From an uncultured delta proteobacterium (GTDB lineage: Bacteria > Desulfobacterota > Desulfobacteria > Desulfobacterales > QNYZ01), in NCBI GenBank assembly GCA_963845145.1, contig CAWJQU010000008.1, positions 416,001 through 480,000 of the forward strand: a stretch of 64,000 nucleotides of DNA. Reading direction: 5' to 3'. A program made the position numbers and the translations under genes. How positions within the stretch are numbered: position 1 is the first letter of the stretch; each line of letters opens with the position of its first letter. This document shows positions 53,241 to 64,000 of this stretch, piece by piece. A model generated the notes under the pieces. That model made no database searches and was not told where the DNA came from. It saw nothing but the letters and a program-made list of their open reading frames with translations.

Positions 53241-54960
53241 ATGAATCGTCGGCGCCACCCATGGAAGGCCATGATCCTGGCGGCGGGTTCGGCTCCCGTC
53301 TTTTACCCTACACGGAACATACCCCCAAAGCGATGTTTCCCATCGGTGGCCGGCCACTTATCGACCGGACGATCCGATACCTTATCGAGGCCGGATGTGC
53401 GGACATCCTCATCAATACCCATCATCTTCATGATCAACTCGAGGCATATGTGGCCGCCGAAAAATTACGATTCCCGGTCCACACCCGCTATGAATCGCAG
53501 ATTCTGGGCACCGGGCGGAGCGAATGAAAAACGTCGCCGGTTTTTTTGATGACCACCCATTTGTGGTCATTAACAGTGACATCATCACCGACATCCCCCT
53601 GGATCAGGTCTACGCCTGCCATTTGCACCACACGGCACCCGTAACCATGGTGCTGGTGGATGACGCTCGATTTAATTCGGTTTGCGTGGATGACAAGGAC
53701 GGGTCCTCGGATTCGACGGGCAACCCGGACCGACCCCCTAAAAACATCGTCACCTGACGTTTACTGGAATCCAGGTGTAAACCCCGAAGTACTGGATCTG
53801 ATCCCAAAGGGTGTCTTTTCAAGCAGCATCGATACCTACCGACAATTGATATCCGAGGGTAAACCCATTCGGGCCTATGTGGTTGATAATAACCGTTGGC
53901 GGGATATCGGCACGCCGGAAGCTTATCGCGCCGAGGCTTTTCAGCATTTGGCCAAAAAAGCATTTTCCCGTGCATTCGGGAGCCGGTTCGAAAAAAAAAT
54001 TCAATCAACCCGCCTGGCCGGGGACGGATCTGATCGGGGCTGGTATCGGTTAACGGCCGGCGGCCGGACAATGATCATGGCCGACCATGGCATTCGTAGT
54101 GACGGCAAAACATTGGAGGTGGATGCATTCATCGATATCGGTCGGCATCTTAAAAATCAGCACATTTCCGTTCCGGAACTGGCCGTATGGGATCGCTTCT
54201 CAGGATTGGCCATCATGGAAGATCTGGGCGATATCAACCTTCAAAAAATGGTTCAAAACGCCCCTGATTCGAACCATATCGCCGCGTATTATGAAATCGT
54301 GATCGACAATTGGGTGAAACTATCCACTCGGGGATATGAAGGATTTAATTCCGGCTGGACCTGGCAGACAGCCGCTTATGATCGTGAGCTGATTCTGGCC
54401 AAAGAGTGCCGGTATTTCGTGGAAGCCTTTTTCAATGGGTATCTTAAATATGGGCGTTAATTATTCGGCATATAGTCCGAATTCGAGCATCTTGCCGGAG
54501 GGTATTATGGCCAACGCCATCAACGGCTTGATTCATCGAGACTGTCAGGCCCGAAATATTATGGTAAAAGACGGTCGGCCACTATTTTATCGATTTTCAG
54601 GGTGCCCGGCCCGGCCCGGTTCAATACGACCTGGCTTCACTTTTGATTGATCCATACGTGGCCCTATCCATCGGAATTACAATCGAGATTTTGCACTACG
54701 GTCTAGAACGGTTTTCCAAGGTCAAACCCGTCGACCGGCGACGTTTTCTTTCGGGCTATCGATATTGTGCCCTGTCACGATGCCTGCAAATCCTCGGGGC
54801 TTTCGGGTTTCTGACGAAAGTGAAAAAGAAACCCTATTTTGAGCAATACATTCCGACAGCGGTAAAATCGTTGACGCACGCCCTCGATGCCTTTGGCCGG
54901 GAAGCGTTTCCAACCTTGAAGGCATTAGCCGATTGTATTAAAACCGGATGTAATAAAAAA
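53241..54960 (+). CDS. Nucleotidyltransferase-phosphotransferase (MurU-AmgK-like, probable fusion; frameshifted)
   Basis: KAMILAAG.GSRL.PYT..PK, WRDIGTP continuing in frame into GDGSDR, EDLGD, HRDCQARNIM. Confidence 0.8.
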
Positions 54961-54996
54961 ATGCGCAAAACGACACATATGACAAGGAGCGATCCC

Positions 54997-55836
54997 ATGA
55001 AACCAATCAATATTATGGTCAACGGCATGCCGGGAAATATGGCTGTCAATGTCGCGACCCATGCATTAAAAGATCTTCGCTTTAACCTCGTACCGGCATC
55101 ATTGACAGGGCCGGAAATCACCGCTACGGAACATGCGCTCCCGGAAATGACTTTTCGGCTCGATCCACCCGGCCAAAGCAGATCAGGCCATCGCGATATT
55201 ATACGGGAATACGGCCCATTCATTACCATCGATTATACCCATCCATCAGCCGTCAATACCAATGCCGACCTTTACTGCCGCCACAACCTTCCCTTTGTGA
55301 TGGGCACAACCGGCGGGGATCGAGATCACCTGGTTCAAACGGTCGAACAATCAGATATATCCGCTGTGATCGCTCCCAATATGGCCAAGCAGATCGTGGG
55401 TTTCCAGGCCATGGTGGCCCATGCCGCCGAGGATTTTCCCGGCTTGTTTAGCGGTTATTCCTTGGAGATTAAAGAGAGCCACCAAAATGGCAAAGCCGAC
55501 ACCAGCGGGACCGCCAAAATGATGGTCAACTATTTTAATTCCCTGGGCGTTCCCTATACAGTGGACGAAATCGTCAAAGAGAGAGATCCGCAAGTTCAGA
55601 AGGCAACCTGGGGCATCCCCGAAGAATATCTCACGGGGCATGGGTGGCACACCTACAGCCTCACTTCGGCGGACAAAACGGTTCGCTTAAATTTTGAGCA
55701 TAATATCAATGGCCGTGACGTTTATATCGGGGGAACGTTGGATGCCGCTGTTTTTTTACAAAAAGAGATTGAGAAAGCAGTCAAGGGAACCGTATTCAAT
55801 ATGATTGATGTATTGAAGGCGGGTGATTTCGGATAA
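54997..55836 (+). CDS. dapB: 4-hydroxy-tetrahydrodipicolinate reductase
   Basis: NGMPGNMA, DYTHP, GTTGG, ESHQNGKADTSGTA; AAGGAG RBS. Confidence 0.9.
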   Translation: MKPINIMVNGMPGNMAVNVATHALKDLRFNLVPASLTGPEITATEHALPEMTFRLDPPGQSRSGHRDIIREYGPFITIDYTHPSAVNTNADLYCRHNLPFVMGTTGGDRDHLVQTVEQSDISAVIAPNMAKQIVGFQAMVAHAAEDFPGLFSGYSLEIKESHQNGKADTSGTAKMMVNYFNSLGVPYTVDEIVKERDPQVQKATWGIPEEYLTGHGWHTYSLTSADKTVRLNFEHNINGRDVYIGGTLDAAVFLQKEIEKAVKGTVFNMIDVLKAGDFG

Positions 55837-55908
55837 CGTTTTATCCAAAATCGGTGGATGTCAAGATCGATGGACGCCAAGACCGGTGGACAAATGGATA
55901 TCGGGGGA

Positions 55909-56515
55909 CTAATAGAACAATATCGCCCTGGCCTTGCTTAACTTTACGTGCCGAATACCGTGGGGCAGTTCATACCAGTCATCGATACTGCCGGGTTCCT
56001 CTCCGTAAAAACTGGCCAAGATCATCAGCAACGGGTCCAACGAGCGTGGCGACACCGCTTCCCCGTTTAAAAGAAGCGAGGTTAAACCCAGTTTTCCGGT
56101 CCCCTCCCGGGTTTGTAAAAGACCATCAAAGTCAAAATTGAGATTCGTCCCGAAAAGATTGAGAAGTTGAACCCCTTCTAAGTCAACGTGAATTTTTCCG
56201 CGAACTCGATTACCCTCGTCAAGTATGACATCAATCATTTTTATCAGCGGGTTCTTTTCCTGAGCCAATCGATAGGCAAAATAATTGTTCAACTCTTTTT
56301 GGGTAATTGTGGCCGATTGCGTGGCAGGTTTTCCCGGCTGGCTCTGATGAGACTCAATGGTTTTTAAAATATGTTGCACTTTCAATCCATCCGAAGTGGT
56401 CGAATCGAGCCCGCTGCATAGAAACGGAACCGAAAAAGAGATAAGAATCAATAACCCCAGTGATAAACATGTCATCAGCCAGGGCGAATATTTCAATGTC
56501 GACTTGTGCATGGGT

Positions 56516-56523
<8 letters not shown>
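55909..56523 (-). CDS. Hypothetical membrane-anchored/exported protein
   Basis: N-terminal [12 protein letters not shown]; overlaps the alaS stop. Confidence 0.7.
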
Positions 56524-59173
<2,650 letters not shown>

Positions 59174-59269
59174 TTGAACTCCAATGGCTTTCTTTATTAT
59201 TCTGTTCACAGTTTTTCGATCTTTATTCTATCACAAAGTTTCTCACTTGCTTTTCCCTTGTAGTCTTGA

Positions 59270-60305
59270 ACCATTCCTCATTCCGGCTTCCTTGGTACCT
59301 CCTCTTTTTCCTCTTCGTCCTCGTCATACCGATGGCTTTTTTAACCTTTTCTTCAATCGCCTGGCAAATATCATCATTCTCTTCTAAAAACGTTTTTACA
59401 TTTGGCCGGCCCTGTCCAATCCGTTCATTTTCAAAGGAATACCACGACCCACTTTTTTCGATGACTTCGCGTCTCACCCCAAGATCCAGAAGATCGCCCG
59501 TCCGCGAGATTCCCGTCCCGTACATAATATCAAACTCGGCGTCCTTAAACGGGGGCGCCATTTTGTTTTTGACCACCCGTACCCGGGTGCGATTGCCGAT
59601 TACCTCCTGGCCGTCTTTGATGGCCCCGATTCGCCGAATGTCCAGCCGGACCGAGGCATAAAATTCAAGGGCATTGCCACCGGTGGTGGTTTCCGGGATT
59701 GCCGAACATGACACCGATTTTCATGCGGATCTGATTGATGAAAATAACCGTGGTCATCGTTTTGCCGATGGTGCCGGTGAGTTTGCGCAGGGCCTGAGAC
59801 ATAAGCCGGGCTTGCAACCCCATGTGGGAATCGCCCATCTCCCCTTCGATCTCCGCCCGCGGTACCAGGGCCGCCACGGAATCGATCACAATCACATCAA
59901 TGGCACCGCTTCGAACCAGCATGTCAGCAATTTCCAGGGCCTGCTCGCCGGTATCCGGCTGGGAGACCAGCAGTTCGTCACAATTCACACCGAGTTTGCG
60001 GGCATAACCTGTGTCCAAAGCATGCTCCGCATCAATAAAAGCGACAATGCCGCCGTTTTTTTGGGCCTCGGCCACTGCGTGCAGGGCCAGGGTGGTTTTG
60101 CCGGAAGATTCCGGCCCGTAGATCTCGATCACCCGTCCCCGCGGTAATCCGCCAACTCCCAAGGCCTTGTCCAAAGCGACAGGGAGCCGGTTGGAATGAC
60201 GGGTACTTTCTGAATCGGCTGACTGCCCAGCTTCATGATGGCGCCCTTGCCGAACTGACGTTCAATCTGATTCATGGCGGACTCAACCGCCCTTTCTTTA
60301 TTCAT
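59270..60305 (-). CDS. recA: Recombinase A (frameshifted)
   Basis: [43 protein letters not shown]. Confidence 0.96.
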
Positions 60306-60429
60306 GGTTTTACTCACGATGATCCCCCTCTTTGTGTTGGTACCAACATCGAATGGCCTCCAACTAATATGATTTTTGGTCACGAATTGTACAGATTAAG
60401 CTGATCCGCTTTTCAGTAAAATCCGTGGT

Positions 60430-61023
60430 GAAAAATATCATCATCCCAATCCAGTGCTGCTCAGCTTGGTATACACCGCCCCGCCCCCGCACAGATCACT
60501 TTTAAACACATGGATCTCTGGGTCATTGTAAATCGTGCCGACAGCAACGGTTGCAAGCCGATATCATGGCCGCGGCCAGTTTGGGCCCGTCAATTCGTCC
60601 TTTTGCCCGTCCCAAGTGTCAAATGGGCTTTGAACAGGCCGCGGTTCAGGTTTAAATATCAGGTCGTTGATTTTCAGCAACGATCGATCCAGAGAGGATT
60701 TCAATTCCCGTAGACGATCCTACTTCCCCACCATTCCGGCCCAGAAAATCCGGGGTCGCTTGATGGTGGGAAACACGCCCAACCCGTTGGATGTCCAATC
60801 GCAATGGCGAACGGCACCGGGCCCATCCGCCATCGCAATCGGATAACCGCTGCCAGGCACTGTGTCCACTTCACCCAGAAAAGCCAGTGTTAGGTGAATT
60901 TTTCCGGTTTAACCCAACGAAATTTAAATCGTTCCTTCTTGAGTTCAGCCTGGACCCGCCCCAACTCATCACGAACTGAATCCGGCAAAACAGCGGCGAT
61001 AAAAGTTCTAATGGTTCGCCCAT
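60430..61023 (-). CDS. thpR: RNA 2',3'-cyclic phosphodiesterase (2'-5' RNA ligase family; frameshifted)
   Basis: RTFIAA, HLTL, GVFP..RPR, FKAHLTLGR (two HxT motifs); upstream of recA. Confidence 0.75.
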
Positions 61024-61073
61024 TTTCTCGGCCCTAGTAATCAATGGATAATCAATAGACGGTCATTGGTTAA

Positions 61074-62275
61074 TCATTCCCCTTGAAGCCGATTGTCGGG
61101 CAAGTGGCATCTGGGGCTCATCCGATGATAAAGCGCCCCGCTGCGAATTTCGGATTTCAGAATTCCGGCGATCTCGCGCGCTTTAACCATGCTCGACAAG
61201 GGAACTGTCTGAACATCGCGCCCCTCAGGGACAATGACACCACTTTTTAATTCAGCATAACTGACCTTGCCCAGCGACCGGGCAATTCCTTGGGGATAAT
61301 CATGCCCATAATCCACCACTTGGGTATAAATCTCCTCGTCCGAGACCCCAGTATAATCAGCCATTTTTTCATTGAGAATCGGGATGGGAATCCCAAGCCC
61401 AATAGCCAGCGAACACCCGTATCCCTGAATACTGACGCCTTTTATCCAACGCGATCGACATCTCTTTCATGTCGCCCATGACAAAACAGCGTACCTGATG
61501 GCTTCATCGGGCACGCCCCCTTCGGTGCGCGGGAACATCCGGGTTGTGTTGCGTCCCGTGCCAGGTCACATAACCTGTACCGCCGCCAAGAAAAATCCGG
61601 GTCCCCAAACCGATCGTCCGGTAATAGGGATCGTTCATTAAGGGGACTAAGTTGCCCGGCGGAACAATAGTTTGCATTGTTCGCCTTGGGTTTTAATGTT
61701 CCCATATAGGTATAGATGGTTTTTTTCCCGAGATTAACGGCACAATTATAATTTTGATATCCGTTGCGGGGATTGCATAAAGCGGCAAATGGTAAATCGG
61801 CTAATCGCAACTTCTTTTTCCAGATGCTTGCCCGGATAACAATCGGTTCCGTAGGCCGTGGCTTTTAAATGGATGCGTTCGGCCAGCCACCAAATCCTCG
61901 ATCACATGTCCGCCGCCATAGTTGAACTCGCCCGGATAAACCTTGTTGAGGGGATCATCCTCACAAGGCTCGGTCGCGCCGATATAGCAATCCACTGCGG
62001 CCACACCACCATAAGCCGGCACATTATTCAACCATACCTTGGCCGCTTTGATTCCCGGTTTGGAATGGCCAAAATTAATAAACGCGCCGGATGAACACAT
62101 GGGTGCAAAGGTTCCCGTGGTCACAACATCCACCCGTTGGGCCGCTTCCACCGGGCCTTCACTTTTGACCACATCGATAATCTCCTCTGCAGTGAGCACA
62201 ACAACTTCACCTTTACGGATTTTGTCGTTAATCTCCTGAAAGGTCTTATTGACTTGATACGGTCTTATTTGCCAT
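61074..62275 (-). CDS. DUF39 homocysteine biosynthesis protein (aspartate-semialdehyde sulfurtransferase-like; frameshifted)
   Basis: [53 protein letters not shown]. Confidence 0.85.
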
Positions 62276-62364
62276 GTTGTTCATTATTGGCCCTGTTGGT
62301 CTTTTTCAATGGGGAGGTCTTGTTGACTATGCAGATTTGTTCATATTCACATCTGCCTATTTCA

Positions 62365-63755
62365 TTACGGTATCGCCGCCTGAACCTCTTCGATCTTTGA
62401 GGTAATGTTGTTTTTGATCCAAGATGCATCCCACCATTCCACAGGGTTGATGAAAGAATGGTGAACCATCATGCTAAAATGCAAATGATCCCCTCCGGCC
62501 ATTCCGGTGTTGCCCGTCAGCCCGATGACTTCGTTTTTATCCACAAGCTGGTCTGGCATGAACGTCAATCCGGCTTAAATGGCTGTACATACTAAATAGG
62601 CCGAATCCGTGATCAATAATCACCGACTGCCCATAAATACCCAAACTTTCAGCAAAGACCACCTTGCCTCGATTTGCGGCAGCCACTTTATCCCGGCTGT
62701 ATGCAGCCAGATCGATGCCCAGATGGGTCTGTTCGTCAATCTTTTGGTCCTTGTAATAATAAGTGCGGTGGTCCGCAAAACCGGCCATGCGCTTGGAATT
62801 GGCCAGCCTTAAAAAAGAACCCTCCCATAATATCGCCGGTTCCGACCTCGAGGTCACTGCCATAATCCGATCGGTATTGGCTTTACGAACCTGTGTATTA
62901 ACAGCCACAAATTTTGCCAACAGCGGGTTATCCGCTGATGCATCACCGGTTACATCGAACTCAGGCATCTTCGTTTCGAGAAAATGGTCGCTGATGTGAA
63001 TATCATCTTTTTTAAAGCGCTTCTTTTTTAAATACTTGGTGAAACCGGCCCGCGTCATATTACCCGCCCGGTCCGTGGCCGAAATAAAAATCTGGCTGTC
63101 CGTATCCTGATTGTGGGATAACGCAAAAAAAGCTGCCAATACCGTTGATTTTTTCACGATGCCCGCGGTCCCCGGAAAAAACTGATCCCCTACCTGGATA
63201 CCGCTGGTGGGACACTCTTCGGATAACTCGTAAATAACCAGCCCGCTGCCGCCTTGATTAAGATTATGCGCCTTGGTCAAAACCGTCACGACTGGGGGTT
63301 TAAAATCAATGGTCATCTTTTTTTCAATAATGGTTTTATTTCCATGAAGCCACCCCCGCCAGGAGAGGTCACGGGCCGTCAACACTAAAAATCACCTCAC
63401 CTTCAGTTAAACCCAGTTTTTTAGGCTCAATGGTACGCTCGAAATCGACCGCACGGCGCCCACCACCTAACAATAAACCGCCTCCAGCGATGGTTTCTTT
63501 GATCAATTCCACATCTCGTTCTGTCCCTACGAGGGTGGCGCGAACTTCTTTGACACCGCTTTTGTCATCGGTAACGACCACCTTTAACGGCTGTGAAGCA
63601 CCAAGATAAGATGAATCCAGATTGATGGAAATATGAGGTTTTCCCCCTTCTAATCGAATAAATAGAAAAAATAATATGGGAATCACCAGAAAAATCATCA
63701 GAATGACCGCAAGTCGTGTTTTGAAGCTGCTCTTTTTTGGCGGATATGAATACAT
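62365..63755 (-). CDS. M23 family metallopeptidase (frameshifted)
   Basis: HLGIDLA, YSHLS, TGMAGGDHLHF; N-terminal TM. Confidence 0.88.
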
Positions 63756-64000
63756 GGGTAACTCTATCTATTTAAAGCCAATTAAAGTGTCAATTTATAA
63801 TCGGGTAAAAATATCAGGTATCCAAACGGTAATCAAGTAGTCATTGCTGCGGTGTCGCAAAAGCCTGTTTTTAGGCTCGCAATAACGGTCATTATGTCGG
63901 CGCATATAAAGCGAATCTGATTTAAAATACCCCTCGGTGCCGTCACTGGATGGGATCCCAAGGTTATCATATTGGATCTTTTTTTGTTGGGTTCATCTAT

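Overview
Chromosomal segment of a probable sulfate-reducing Desulfobacterales-type bacterium (inferred from gene content). Left to right: murA; a qrcABCD menaquinone-reductase operon with system II cytochrome c maturation genes; a PiT/DUF47 phosphate pair; a PpiD-like chaperone; and a decayed integron at about 14.5-18.5 kb. The integron keeps only the 3' part of intI, which appears cut at a G|TT junction. An array of attC-bounded units follows: a rolling-circle IS91-like (HUH) transposase, a RimJ-type GNAT, an intact ArgD-like aminotransferase and a toxin-antitoxin cassette with a dead toxin. Next come accessory ORFs (a tandem pair of related membrane proteins, and an unannotated 48-aa, 8-Cys peptide divergent from an atypical flavoprotein reductase), an attenuator-controlled ilvBNC-cimA-leuA cluster, a heme-c/HAMP sensor divergent from a DUF4388-like gene, dnaE, guaB, yciO/sua5-like and sppA. 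From about 41 kb to the end, nearly all conserved genes (rpsA, cmk, hisC, OFOR subunits, namZ, rnhA, plsB, murU-amgK, alaS, recA, thpR, DUF39, M23) are riddled with indels. These are most likely sequencing or assembly errors, so coordinates there are approximate. No rRNA, tRNA or CRISPR array was recognised. All family assignments come from motif recognition by eye, not from database searches.
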